This document shows, one piece after another, positions 1-10,356 of a stretch of DNA of 64,000 nt. The notes beneath the pieces were generated by a model. It searched no databases. It was not told where the DNA came from and saw only the letters and a list, made by a program, of their open reading frames with translations. Numbering within the stretch: the stretch's first letter is position 1; each line of letters starts with the position of its first letter. Both the position numbers and the translations under genes were made by a program. Source of the DNA: an uncultured delta proteobacterium (GTDB lineage: Bacteria; Myxococcota_A; Polyangia; Polyangiales; Polyangiaceae); assembly GCA_963806225.1 (NCBI GenBank), contig CAWDXG010000004.1, positions 160,001-224,000 of the forward strand. Reading direction: 5' to 3'.

Positions 1-3000
1 TCAGCGACGCGAGGGCGTCGCTGAGAAAGCCCTCTTCCGTCTGGATCCACGACATCTCGCGGTACACGTCCGACAGCTCCTTGACGCGCCGACCGCGCTG
101 CGCCGACACCACCTCTTCGAGCAGCGCCATGGCGTCGGCGCTGCGCCCGTTGAGCGCGTACGCGCGCGCCAGCAGCACGGCGCTCGCGATGTTGCCCGGG
201 GCGAGCGTCCGCGCTTCCTCCAGCACCTGGGCGCCGAGCCCGGGGTCGCCGTCCGGAGCGAGCAGCAATTGGCCCGCGTCCAACAGGAGCTGGACGCGGC
301 GTTCCGGCTCGGTTTCCGCCGCAGCCTGATCGAGCAGCATCTGTGCTAGCTCGCGATGCGCCCCCGTCGACTCGTAGAGCGCAGCAATCCACTCGCGCAC
401 CAGTTCGTTGTCGGGTGCAACCGTGAGCGCGTGCTCGAGTCCGGCGCGCGCGTCGTTGAAGCGCCCTGCGCGCTGGCAGGCGTCGGCCAGGCGTAGTGCA
501 GCATCCACCAGGTCTGCTCCCTGTTCCACAGCGACCAGCTGGTTGTAGGCGTCCGCAGCGGCGGACCACTCCTCTGCGGTCGTTTCCAGCACCGCCAGCC
601 GTCGGAGCGCCTCGACGTTTCCGGGCGTTTCACGGATCAGCTCACCCAGTCGCGCCCGTGCGCCGTCGATCTCTCCAGCCGCTTCCAACACTTCCACCAG
701 GCGCAGGGTAAGTTCCTGATCGCGCGGCGGTTCGGCACGAGCGACCGCACGTTCGAGAGCCTCGATCAACCGGTCGGTGTATCCGCCGTCGACCGCATGC
801 GCGCGTTCGAGCTCCGCCAGCGCTTCGTCGTCGCGGCCGAGCTCGCCGAGTAGCGCGGCGCGGCCGGCCAGAAGTGCCGGCTCCGGCGCTTCCTCGTCGA
901 CCAACCGCTCGATCAGCTCGAGCGCCGGCTCGGGCTCGCCCGCTGCGCGGTGCGCCTCGACCAGCTCTGTGATTGTCGCCAGATCGGTTGCCCCGCGCTC
1001 CACCGCCTGGCGCAGCACGCGCGCGAGTCCGCCGGAGTCGCCGCGCTCGCGATAGCGCGTGACAAGCTGCTGCCGGAGCTCCTCGTCTTCGGGACAGGCG
1101 ATTGCGCCGAGCTCGAGCGCACGCTCCTGCCCTTCCTCGTCGCCCTGGTCCGCTCTGAGGGTAATCAGCCGCTCCAGAAGCGCCTTTGCCTGTTCTCCCC
1201 GTTCGACCTGCAACAGGCCTTCGAGCGCTTCGCCGATGGAGAATTCGTCGCCCTTCGCCTCGGCCAACCTGAGCACCGCTGTGAGCGCCGGGCGGCTCTG
1301 CGCGTTCCAGTCCAGCATCGCGCGGTACACATCCAGAGCATCGTCAGAGCGGTCCTGCTCCTCCAGGAGACCGCCCAGCCTGAGTGACAGCTTCTCGATG
1401 GCGTCGACATCCTGCCGATCCTTGGCGGCATCGACCTGCGTGACGAGGAGCAGCACGAGTTCGTCCAGGCGTCCGCTCTTTTCCAGGATCGACGCGAGCA
1501 GCGGGCCGGCGCTCTCGTCCGCTGGATTGTCTTCCAGCACCTCCTTGAGGATCTGCTCGGCCTCGTCCAGCTGCTCGTCCCCTTCGATCAACAGGGTCGC
1601 CTGTTCGGTGCGCAGCTTGCTCCGGTCCTCGATCGATTCCACCAGCGGCGCGGTCTGCTCGATGAGCTGGATCACGCGATCGCGATGGCCGAGGCGCCGC
1701 TGGACATCGAGCAGCGGGCGCCACACTTCGCCGTCCGCCGGCTCGCGCAAAAGGAGCTCTTCATAGATGCGAGCAGCCCGTTCCAGATCGTCGAGGCCCT
1801 CGCGTGCTTCCCGCGCCACATCGAGCATCAGCGCGCGTCGCTCGTCCGTGGGCAGGAATGATGCGGCCAGCTCTCGCAGTTCCAGCGCCTGCCCCCGCCG
1901 TCCCCCCAGCGCGTGCAGGCGGGCCAGTTCGAGGCGCAGCCAGGCCGCGTCCGCGTCCTGCAGCTCCATGTCGTTGTCCAGTGCAGCCTGGAGCACCGTC
2001 TCGGCCAGACCGGGATCGCCGACCCGCTCGGAAAGTGCCACGGCTTCGTGCAGCACATCGGGACGCCGCGCCGACGCGCGCGCGATCCGGGCCAGAGCCT
2101 CGGCGAGCGTTGCTTCACGGCCCTCCATACGCCCGATCCGTTCCAGCAACGCGAGCGCGCGCTCCGGCGCGTCCGGGGCGTCCAGCACTGGCCTGAGCAG
2201 GCTCTCGGCACGATCGGGATCCGGGGCCAGCTCCAGGCCGCGGTCGAGCAGGCCAAGCCCTTCTTCGCACGTGTCGGGGTCGCCGAGCCGCACTTCCGCA
2301 AGTCGGTACAGGGGTTCGGCGTCCGACGGTGTCTCGCCATCCTGCCAGGCCGCCACGCGGCGCTCGAGCACCTGCGCTTCCGCGTCTCGATCGCCCAGCC
2401 AGTCGTACACGCGCCCCAGCGCGGCCCAGGCAGCGTCATCGGGGTTGTTGGCTGCCTCGAGCTTGTTCTGGATGCCCTGCGCCCGGTTGCGGATGCCGCT
2501 CTGCCGGGGCGCCTCGGCGGCCGCGTTCTCGGCGTGGAGCACGACCAGATCAGCCAGCACACGTGCTGCGTCTGCGGGCTCCAGATTGCCGGCGAGCCGG
2601 GCCTCCAGGGCGCGTGTCAACAGCTCCTGCCGCCCGCGGCGGCGAAGAGCCTGCTCCAGGCGCCGGGCCTCGTGATCGCTTTCCAGCGCGGCCTCGAGCG
2701 CCGATTCCACGAACTCGCCCGCGCGGACCGGGTCGTCCTTCTGCGCGGCGATCTCGCTCAGGTCGAGCAGCGCCTCCGCGCGGCTCGGCCCCTCGGCGTT
2801 CGCACCCCGCCCCAGCACCAACAGCAGAGCTCGATACATGCGTTCGGCGCGCTCGAGCTCGCCTTCCTCGAACGCGAGGCGCGCCAGTGCGTGCAGTATC
2901 CCGGCGTGTGCCTGGTCGATCCGGTTCGCCGCCCCCAGCTCGGCCAGCGCTTCCTCCCGCTGGCCAGCTGCGAGCGCGACACGGGCCAGTGCGAAGTGCA

Positions 3001-6000
3001 CCAGTGCGCGGTCCTTCGGACGCCGCGAACCGTAGCGCTCGATGCGCGCCCGCAGGATGGCGCTCGCTTCGTCGAAGCGACCTGCCTGCGCCAGCGCGTC
3101 CGACAGCGCCAACGGCAGCGATGCGTCCTCGGGATCGAGCGCGGCCGCCTGCTCCAGCAGCGGAACGGCCGCTGCCGGGTCTTCGCGCTTTTCCAGATGC
3201 AGGTTGGCCGCTTCGCGCAGAAGCGCAAGCTTCGCGGCAGGCGCAGGAGCGCTCTCCGCTTCAGTCACCAGCAGGCCGGCCAGCGCTTCCCAGTCGCTCA
3301 CCTCGCGGTACAGGACGCCGAGACGCTGGCGCAGTGCTGCGGGATCGACGGCCCGCTCCAGCGCTTGCTCCAGGCGGGCGCGTGCCCGCTTTCTCAGGCC
3401 GGCTGACGCGTAGGCCTCTGCCAGCTCGAGCGCGCGCGGCGCCAGAGCATCCGGCGACGACTGGGCCACCAGCCATTCAAGGACCTCGGCGGCCCGGCGG
3501 TGTTCGCCGCGCGCTTCGTGGATGCGGGCGAGGGCCTCGAGCGAGGCTTCGCCGCCGAGCCCCGCGCCCTGCCGGAAGTCTTCCGCAGCGCGCTCCTCGT
3601 CGTCGAGACGATCCCTGCAGATCGTGGCGGCGCGTGCCCACAGCTCCGCTCCGACGGTGTTTTCGCCGGCCTGGGCACGGCAGCGCGCCTGTTCCTCCCA
3701 CAGCGCAGCCAGCTCCCCCTGCCGATCTTCCTGCTCGAGCAATGCCGCGAGACCGCCGACCGCGCCACTCGCCACGCTGTCCGCCGGATCTTCCGCGAAT
3801 AGCTGCTGGAACAGCTCGATGGCCCGCGCTCTGTCGCCGAGCCGTTCGGCGCACAGCACCGCGGCGTCGCGCTTGAGCTCGCGTCGCCGCTCCGTCTCGA
3901 ACGGCAATCCGGCGCCGCGTAGATACAGTTCGACAACGTCCTGGTGCTTGCCCTCTGTCGTCAGTCGCGAGCTGAGCACGTCGAGCCCCCAGGACGCAGC
4001 GCGCGCAGCGCCGCTGTCGTCGGCGTCGCGCTGCCACGCCTCGATGGACAGCTCCAGGAGGTCGTGCAGCACCTGGTGGTCCTCGCTGCGCGCAGCGTCG
4101 CTGGCGGCCACTTCCACGGCGAGCGGCCACTGCCCAGCAGCGACGAACGCCTTCAGGGCCGCGCCGGCGTCCCCGGTGCGCGATCGGTGCAATTCGCCCA
4201 GCTGCCGCAGCAGCGCCGAGCGAGCCTCGGCATCGTCGGTCGCTCCGGCTTCCTCGCCCAGCAGCGTCGCGAGCTCCGTCCAGCGCTGCTCCGCCTCGAG
4301 CAGAGCGACCAGCGCGTCGAAGCTTTCCGCGTCGCGTCCGTGTTCGCTCCGTACGCGACGCCACACCTCGATGGCCGCGGCGTTGTCGGTGAGCCGCTCG
4401 GCGAGCGTGCGGGCGATGCGGACGCGATCGACACGCACTTCCGCAGAGTCCCCGCCCAGTTCTGCGCGCTGCTCCAGGGCGACAATCAGATCTCTCCAGC
4501 TGCCCGCCTGGGCGAGCGCGTCCACCAGACCGTCGAGCGCCTCGCGATCGCCTGCATCGTCTTCCAGCCGCCGCTGCCAGTTCCTGACGGCGCGACCCGG
4601 ATCCCCGAGCTCTGCTGCAGCAACGCGCGCGGCCTCGCCCAGCGCGCGGCGGCGCGCGTCCGGATCGGACTCGAGGTCGACCCGCCGCTCCAGCACGTCG
4701 CAGCGCTCCGGCGCGCGTCCACTGTCTTCCAGCAGCTTGTCGAGCGCCCGGGCTGCTTCCAGTGCCAGGTCGTTGTCCTCGTTTTCAGGCGAGAGCACTT
4801 CCGCGAACAGATCGATGGCCGCGCTCGACTCGCCGAGCTCCCGGTAGACGGTTGCCGCTTCCGACAGCAGGCCAAAGCCGAGTGCGGCGTCGTCGCTGCG
4901 GCGCGCCACGGCAACCAGCAGGCCGGCGCGACGCGCAGCCGAGCCGGTCCGCTCGGCGAGTTCGGCCAGGCGCTGCCGGTACTCCGGCGACGCGGGCTTG
5001 ATCGCGACGAGCGACGACATGGCATCGAACGCGCCCTGCGGATCATCGAGCGTGTCGAGCCGGAGCCGGACGATTTCCTCGAGACCCTTGATCCGCGTCT
5101 TGTCGTCATTGGCCGCTTCGAGCTCGATCTCGAGCATGCGCGCCATGTCTGCGGTGCGCCCCTCGGCCTCGTAGTGATTCTTGAGCCGGCGCGCCGCGCG
5201 ATCGCGCACCGTGAAATTGCGCTTGCGGCGCCGCCCGCCGGAGCTGGGCGTCATGGTGTCGCGCGAAGCCGGCAGTGCGACCAGCCGTTCCAGAAGCTCG
5301 TAGCCGCCCGCTCCGTCGGAAGCGTCGTCGAGCAACGCCTCGAGCAGCTCGAAGGCGGGCAGCGCCTCTCCCAGGTCCAGCCAGAGCGACGCGATACGCG
5401 CTCTCTGGTCGGCGAGCTCGCTGCCCTCGAGCCCCGGCAGGCGCTGTGACAAAAGCTCGATCAGCGGCTGGAGCCGCCCCTCGCGCTCGTACAGCCGCTC
5501 GAGCGACGACTCGATGCGGGCATCGCCAGGCGCGGCGCGGTTCAACTGTTCCAGATACAGGATCGCGCGGTCCGGATCGGCGGCGAAGTCCTTGGCCGCC
5601 ATGGAAGCTTCGCGCAAAAGTTCGATGCGCGCCGCCTCGTCTTCCGTGTGCTCGAGCGCCCGGTCGTACAGGTTGAACAGCTCGGGCCAACGCCCCGCGG
5701 CGTTGAACGAGAGCTTCAGGCGATCGAAGGCCCAGCCGGCGGCGGGGCTGCGTTCGAGCACGCGCTCGAGCAGCCGCACGACCCGCTCGGGCTCGTCGAA
5801 CCATTCCTCGTGGAATTCGATCATGCGCTGGCCCAGCGCTTCCACGTCCTCGGGCGACAGCGAAGCGTCGAGCGCGCGCGCGTAGGCCTCGGCCAGAGGC
5901 TGCGGCCGGTCGAGCTGCCTCGTCATGCGTTCGGCGATGTCCCACAGGGCCGCGTCCATGGGGCGTTCTTCGGCCCCGCCCAACGCGATCGTCAGACTCG

Positions 6001-9000
6001 TCTCGGGATCGTCGGCGTAGCACTCGAGCAGTTGTTCGAGCCAGCGCCCGCGCGCTTCGTCGAGGCCGGAGCTGTCGCGCGACACGTCGAGCAGGTTCTT
6101 CAACACGGCGGCGCGCGCCTCGACGTCGCCGGCGCTCGCCGCCGCGCGCTCGAGCAGCTCCGCGGCGCGGGCGCGCGCGTCTTCGTCATCCAATGCGCGT
6201 TGCACTAGTCTCAGCACGTCCGCGTCGCCCGGAGTGGCTTCGATCATCTGCTGGAGCACGTCGAGCGCTTCGCCGGAGCGCTCCAGATCGAGCAGCATGC
6301 CCGCAATCGCCAGATCCACACCGGGACGAGCCTCCGGCTCGCTCCGCGTCGACAGCTCGCGCATCGAGGCCAGCGCGCCTTCGGGATCGCCGTGCATGGC
6401 CTGTAGACGCGCCATCTCGCCGAGCGCCTCGGTGCGCTCCGGGTCCAGCTCGAGCACCCGCCGGTACAGCTCGACCGCGGCTTCCGGGCTGCCGAGCAAG
6501 TTCTCTTCGGCAACCGCCCAGGCGAACAGCACACTCGCGGGATCGTCGGCGTGCTCGGTGCGCCACTGGAACAGCCAGCGTCGGTCCTGCAGTCGCGCCG
6601 GTGTGGCCTCGCCGCTCTGGAGGAATGCGTCGAAGGCCTCCGCCGCGGCGCCGGCCTCGTCGCCGGCCGACTCGATCACCTGGCGGTAGATCGCCGCGGC
6701 CTGGTCGTGGCGATCCGGGTCCAGAGCCAGGACGCGCGCGCGCGCCAGGAGCAGCGGCCGGGCCAACGCGGGATGGTCGCCCACGAACTCGACGGCAGCG
6801 TCGACGAGCGCGATGAAGACGTCCGCCGCACCGGCGTCGACCGCCTGGGTCTCGAGCGACACGAGCAATGCCATCGGCTGTCGCGGATCCTCGCTCGTCG
6901 AGAGCAGCACCCGGAACGAATCCGGCAGGCGCTGCCAGTCACCGGCGCGGGCATCGAGCTCGAAAAGACGCTCGGCTGCTTCGCGCTGCCCGGGCGCCAG
7001 CTCCAGTACGCGGCGGTAGAGCCGCCGCGCGAGCGCCTCGTCGCCAGCGGAGCCCTCGCCCAGCCGTGCGCCCGCCAGGAACGAGCGGGCGGCGGCCTCC
7101 GGGTCCAGCACGCCCCCGGCCTGCACCTCGCCCAGCCTCTCCAGCAGTGCCGCCTGCTCCTCGGGCACGGTCGTCCCGGCGACCCGCCGCTCGAGCACCG
7201 CGGCCAGCGTCGGTGCGTCGTTCTGCGCCGACGACAGTTCCTCGATCGCACCGAGCACCGCGTCGTCGAGCTCCCCGCTCTGCATCAGCTCGCGGTAGTG
7301 CGAGAGGGCCTGCTCGGGTTCACCGTGCGCTGCCCGGGCCACGGCCAATCTGAGCAGCGTCGCGTTCCGTCGCTCGCCCTCCGCATGCGGCAGCACGCGC
7401 TCCAGCTCCCGGAAGAGACGCTTGTGATCGCCGACCTCCTGGTACGCGTCGACCAGCGCAAGATGCGCCGTCCAGTCCCGCGCATCGTCGAGCAGTGCCA
7501 GCTTCCACGTCTCGATCGAGCTTTCCAGGTCGTTCAGGTCGCGGCGCTGCAACGACGCCATGGAGTGCAGCAGCTCGCGGCGACGCGCCGGGTCCTCCGT
7601 CCGTTCCAGTGCGGATCGGTACAGCGTCAGGCGCTCCTCGGGGCTGCCCTGCTGCGCAAGCAGCTCGTCGACGCGTCCGAGCAGCTCGGGCGAACCGGGC
7701 TCGAACGCCAGCGCGCGGCGAAAGATTTCCACGGCCTGCGCGACGTCGCCCGACGTCACCAGCGCGTCGCCCGCTGCCCGCGCGAGCGAGAGCATCTCGG
7801 GGGAATCGACGGGCAGGTCGCCGAGCGCCTCCGCCAGGCCGTTGGCGCGGAGCGCCGGGTTGCCGACGCGCCCACCAATTTCCTGGACGTGGACCAGCCA
7901 GGTGCCCAGCGCCGAGCGCTGCTCCCGCACGGCCGCCTTCAGACCCGTGGTGGCGAGTGATAGCGCCCGCTCGGGATCGCCCAGGGAGCCATCGGCAGTC
8001 CGGACCGCTTCCTCCAGTGCGGCGAGCCGTTGATCCGGCGAATCCGCAAGCTCGCTGCGTGTCTCGAGCACCTTGACCAGGCCCGTCGCGGCTTCCTCCG
8101 CGCGGTAGAGCGGTTCGAGGATGTCGGCGGCCTCGAGTCGTACCTCGCCGCTGCCCAGCAGCTTCTCGACCGCCAGGCGGCTGCCGCGCTCCGCCGGGTC
8201 GGCGGACAGGGCTTCACGGAATGCCGAAAGTGCGCCGGCCGTGTCCTCCAGCCGCGACAGCTTGATCTGGGCCAGCCGTGAGTACAGACCCGGCCGTTCT
8301 TCGTTGGGTGAAAGCTCGATTTCGCGTTCGAGCAGCCAGGCCAGCTCCTGCCACTGATGCTCCTGCTCGAGGAGCGGGAGCATCCTCGCGTGCGCGTCGC
8401 GCGCGGGACCGTAGGTGGCGATCAGCGCGCGCCACGCGGAGAGCGCCGCCCGCCGATCGCGCGTCCGCGTCGAGCGAAGATCGGCCGCACGGAACACGAG
8501 CTCGCGGGCCTGTTCGGGATCCTTCGCCCGCTGGGCACGCCGCTCCAGGACGTCGATCAATGCCTCGGGGTCGTCGTTCTGCTCGCACAGCTCCTCGAGC
8601 CGGGCCAGAGCCTTGTCCGCCCAGGGCGAGTCGAGCAGCGCGCGCCAGGCGCTGATCGCCCGGGCCACATCTGGCGGATCGCTCTTTTCGCACAGCTCCG
8701 CGAGGCTCCGCGCGGCGGCCTGTCGCGCTTCGGGTTCGGGCTCCAGCTTGACGACCAGCTCGAGCGCAGCGAGCTGGGCTTTCTGCGCCCCCGCCTGGGC
8801 GTGCAGGTCCACCAGCCGCCGCGCCGCCTCGAGCACAGCGCTGTCGTCCTGCGCCGACTCGACGACCTGCTGGAAGGCCGCCTGGGCACGCTTTACGTCT
8901 CCGGATTCGACAAACACGTTGCCGATCTCGGCCCCCACCCTGGCGCGGACGGCCGGGTCGCGGCAGCTCGACAGCGCGCGCTGCAGCAAACGCGCGGCGT

Positions 9001-10138
9001 CCTGCGGCTTGCCCAGGGCCAGGCTGAGCCGCACGTAGCGCTTGCGCACGTTGTCGTCGCCGGGATCGCCCGCGACCACCGGACCGAGTAGCTGCAGCGC
9101 GCCGGCCGCGTCATCGAAATGATCCTCGCGCAGGATCGCCAACCGCCGCTGCACGTCCATCCGCCTTGGCCCGCGCACCAGCCCGAGCTCCTTTTCGAGC
9201 ATGGCGGCGGCGTCGTCGATGCGACCGAGCTTCTGGTAGGCGTCCGACAGAGCCGCAGCCGCGCGCGGCGCCACCGGCTTGTTCTCGAGCAGGATCTCGG
9301 CGACCTTCTGCGCGGCTTCGTTGTCCGGCTGCGCCGCGAGCAGCGCTTCGACGTGCGGCGTCGCGCGCTGCGGCTCCTTCAACACCCCCGTGAAAAGCTC
9401 CATCAGGCGCACGTGGACGGGGAGCGCTTCTGCCTCGTCGGGTGGTGGTTCGCGCAACAAGGCCTGCTCGAGCACGCGCGCTGCGTCCTTCGGGCGACCG
9501 AGCGCCATGTAGCGCGCCTCCAGCGCTGCGCGCGTCGCAATGGCGCCCGGCTCGATGCGCAGAATCCGCTGGCAGATGTCGATCGCCAGCTCGTCGGCGC
9601 CTTTCGCATTCTCCACCAGCTCCGCAGCACGGCTCAGCAGCATGAGTTGCTGGTCGCGGTCACGCTCGGAGCCCGCAGCGTCGACGTAGAGCTGGGCTAG
9701 CTTCGCGTTCTGGCCGGCTTCCGTCAGCAGTCGCTCCAGCACTCCGAACGCGTCGGGATGGCCGGGCACCACGCCCAGCACCTGCTCGGCGTGCGCGATC
9801 GCGCCGTCCGGATCCCCGAAGAAGTCCGCGAAGAACGTGACCGCGTGCATGAGCAGTTCCGCCTGCTGCTCGGGAGGCAGCAGCTTCACGCGCTTGTCCT
9901 GGCTCAGGTTCTCGTACGCGAACGCGAGCTCGGCCAGCAGGTCGTCGCGCATGACTGCTTCGTGGAACTGCGGCCACAGTTCCGGGCGCGGCTGTCCTTT
10001 CGCGACGCCCATCACCAGGGTGTCGAGAACGGCGTCGGGGCTTTGCAGCGGCTGCTGCAGCACGGCTTCGAGGTCGTCCAGTCTCAATTTCAGGGTTCCT
10101 GAAGTGCGGTTTCCACCCATCGGAGCATTCGTGGACAT
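1..10138 (-). CDS. Giant tetratricopeptide-repeat protein (myxobacterial AgmK-like), at least 3379 aa, 3' end runs off the window
   Basis: Not in the ORF track. ATG at 10138 (MSTNAPMGGNRTSGTLKLRLDDLEAVLQQ...). The same frame reads ...EMSWIQTEEGFLSDALASL at the window edge, and the track lists no stop-terminated minus ORF in this frame below 10196. Helical TPR-like segments recur (e.g. DPDGAIAHAEQVLGVVPGHPDAFGVLERLL). Confidence 0.85.
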   Translation of the reverse strand, partial: MSTNAPMGGNRTSGTLKLRLDDLEAVLQQPLQSPDAVLDTLVMGVAKGQPRPELWPQFHEAVMRDDLLAELAFAYENLSQDKRVKLLPPEQQAELLMHAVTFFADFFGDPDGAIAHAEQVLGVVPGHPDAFGVLERLLTEAGQNAKLAQLYVDAAGSERDRDQQLMLLSRAAELVENAKGADELAIDICQRILRIEPGAIATRAALEARYMALGRPKDAARVLEQALLREPPPDEAEALPVHVRLMELFTGVLKEPQRATPHVEALLAAQPDNEAAQKVAEILLENKPVAPRAAAALSDAYQKLGRIDDAAAMLEKELGLVRGPRRMDVQRRLAILREDHFDDAAGALQLLGPVVAGDPGDDNVRKRYVRLSLALGKPQDAARLLQRALSSCRDPAVRARVGAEIGNVFVESGDVKRAQAAFQQVVESAQDDSAVLEAARRLVDLHAQAGAQKAQLAALELVVKLEPEPEARQAAARSLAELCEKSDPPDVARAISAWRALLDSPWADKALARLEELCEQNDDPEALIDVLERRAQRAKDPEQARELVFRAADLRSTRTRDRRAALSAWRALIATYGPARDAHARMLPLLEQEHQWQELAWLLEREIELSPNEERPGLYSRLAQIKLSRLEDTAGALSAFREALSADPAERGSRLAVEKLLGSGEVRLEAADILEPLYRAEEAATGLVKVLETRSELADSPDQRLAALEEAVRTADGSLGDPERALSLATTGLKAAVREQRSALGTWLVHVQEIGGRVGNPALRANGLAEALGDLPVDSPEMLSLARAAGDALVTSGDVAQAVEIFRRALAFEPGSPELLGRVDELLAQQGSPEERLTLYRSALERTEDPARRRELLHSMASLQRRDLNDLESSIETWKLALLDDARDWTAHLALVDAYQEVGDHKRLFRELERVLPHAEGERRNATLLRLAVARAAHGEPEQALSHYRELMQSGELDDAVLGAIEELSSAQNDAPTLAAVLERRVAGTTVPEEQAALLERLGEVQAGGVLDPEAAARSFLAGARLGEGSAGDEALARRLYRRVLELAPGQREAAERLFELDARAGDWQRLPDSFRVLLSTSEDPRQPMALLVSLETQAVDAGAADVFIALVDAAVEFVGDHPALARPLLLARARVLALDPDRHDQAAAIYRQVIESAGDEAGAAAEAFDAFLQSGEATPARLQDRRWLFQWRTEHADDPASVLFAWAVAEENLLGSPEAAVELYRRVLELDPERTEALGEMARLQAMHGDPEGALASMRELSTRSEPEARPGVDLAIAGMLLDLERSGEALDVLQQMIEATPGDADVLRLVQRALDDEDARARAAELLERAAASAGDVEARAAVLKNLLDVSRDSSGLDEARGRWLEQLLECYADDPETSLTIALGGAEERPMDAALWDIAERMTRQLDRPQPLAEAYARALDASLSPEDVEALGQRMIEFHEEWFDEPERVVRLLERVLERSPAAGWAFDRLKLSFNAAGRWPELFNLYDRALEHTEDEAARIELLREASMAAKDFAADPDRAILYLEQLNRAAPGDARIESSLERLYEREGRLQPLIELLSQRLPGLEGSELADQRARIASLWLDLGEALPAFELLEALLDDASDGAGGYELLERLVALPASRDTMTPSSGGRRRKRNFTVRDRAARRLKNHYEAEGRTADMARMLEIELEAANDDKTRIKGLEEIVRLRLDTLDDPQGAFDAMSSLVAIKPASPEYRQRLAELAERTGSAARRAGLLVAVARRSDDAALGFGLLSEAATVYRELGESSAAIDLFAEVLSPENEDNDLALEAARALDKLLEDSGRAPERCDVLERRVDLESDPDARRRALGEAARVAAAELGDPGRAVRNWQRRLEDDAGDREALDGLVDALAQAGSWRDLIVALEQRAELGGDSAEVRVDRVRIARTLAERLTDNAAAIEVWRRVRSEHGRDAESFDALVALLEAEQRWTELATLLGEEAGATDDAEARSALLRQLGELHRSRTGDAGAALKAFVAAGQWPLAVEVAASDAARSEDHQVLHDLLELSIEAWQRDADDSGAARAASWGLDVLSSRLTTEGKHQDVVELYLRGAGLPFETERRRELKRDAAVLCAERLGDRARAIELFQQLFAEDPADSVASGAVGGLAALLEQEDRQGELAALWEEQARCRAQAGENTVGAELWARAATICRDRLDDEERAAEDFRQGAGLGGEASLEALARIHEARGEHRRAAEVLEWLVAQSSPDALAPRALELAEAYASAGLRKRARARLEQALERAVDPAALRQRLGVLYREVSDWEALAGLLVTEAESAPAPAAKLALLREAANLHLEKREDPAAAVPLLEQAAALDPEDASLPLALSDALAQAGRFDEASAILRARIERYGSRRPKDRALVHFALARVALAAGQREEALAELGAANRIDQAHAGILHALARLAFEEGELERAERMYRALLLVLGRGANAEGPSRAEALLDLSEIAAQKDDPVRAGEFVESALEAALESDHEARRLEQALRRRGRQELLTRALEARLAGNLEPADAARVLADLVVLHAENAAAEAPRQSGIRNRAQGIQNKLEAANNPDDAAWAALGRVYDWLGDRDAEAQVLERRVAAWQDGETPSDAEPLYRLAEVRLGDPDTCEEGLGLLDRGLELAPDPDRAESLLRPVLDAPDAPERALALLERIGRMEGREATLAEALARIARASARRPDVLHEAVALSERVGDPGLAETVLQAALDNDMELQDADAAWLRLELARLHALGGRRGQALELRELAASFLPTDERRALMLDVAREAREGLDDLERAARIYEELLLREPADGEVWRPLLDVQRRLGHRDRVIQLIEQTAPLVESIEDRSKLRTEQATLLIEGDEQLDEAEQILKEVLEDNPADESAGPLLASILEKSGRLDELVLLLVTQVDAAKDRQDVDAIEKLSLRLGGLLEEQDRSDDALDVYRAMLDWNAQSRPALTAVLRLAEAKGDEFSIGEALEGLLQVERGEQAKALLERLITLRADQGDEEGQERALELGAIACPEDEELRQQLVTRYRERGDSGGLARVLRQAVERGATDLATITELVEAHRAAGEPEPALELIERLVDEEAPEPALLAGRAALLGELGRDDEALAELERAHAVDGGYTDRLIEALERAVARAEPPRDQELTLRLVEVLEAAGEIDGARARLGELIRETPGNVEALRRLAVLETTAEEWSAAADAYNQLVAVEQGADLVDAALRLADACQRAGRFNDARAGLEHALTVAPDNELVREWIAALYESTGAHRELAQMLLDQAAAETEPERRVQLLLDAGQLLLAPDGDPGLGAQVLEEARTLAPGNIASAVLLARAYALNGRSADAMALLEEVVSAQRGRRVKELSDVYREMSWIQTEEGFLSDALASL

Positions 10139-10356
10139 ACAGCCCCCGGATTTTCCGCCGCCCCGAGGGCGCGCGGGACAAATACGCTACCAGAGTCATG
10201 GGCTTCCGAGGGAACGAAGCTTGCTCACGCCGCATTGCGGCATGGGACCGTCCCGGCGCGCGCGAACGGCGGCTGGTGCGTCTGGTGCCGCTGGTCTAGA
10301 AAGTCGGCGGGTGCCCGCCCCGGACGGACCGGTGCGGACCCGGAAAGGAGGCCAGG

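Noticed and set aside
81..10102. Many 100-500 aa ORFs on the + strand and in alternative - frames
   Set aside because: Shadows of the giant TPR gene in GC-rich DNA; Arg/Ala/Ser-rich with no motifs.
10139..10356. tRNA-Sec (selC) beside selD
   Set aside because: No cloverleaf, T-loop or UCA anticodon arm recognisable by eye.
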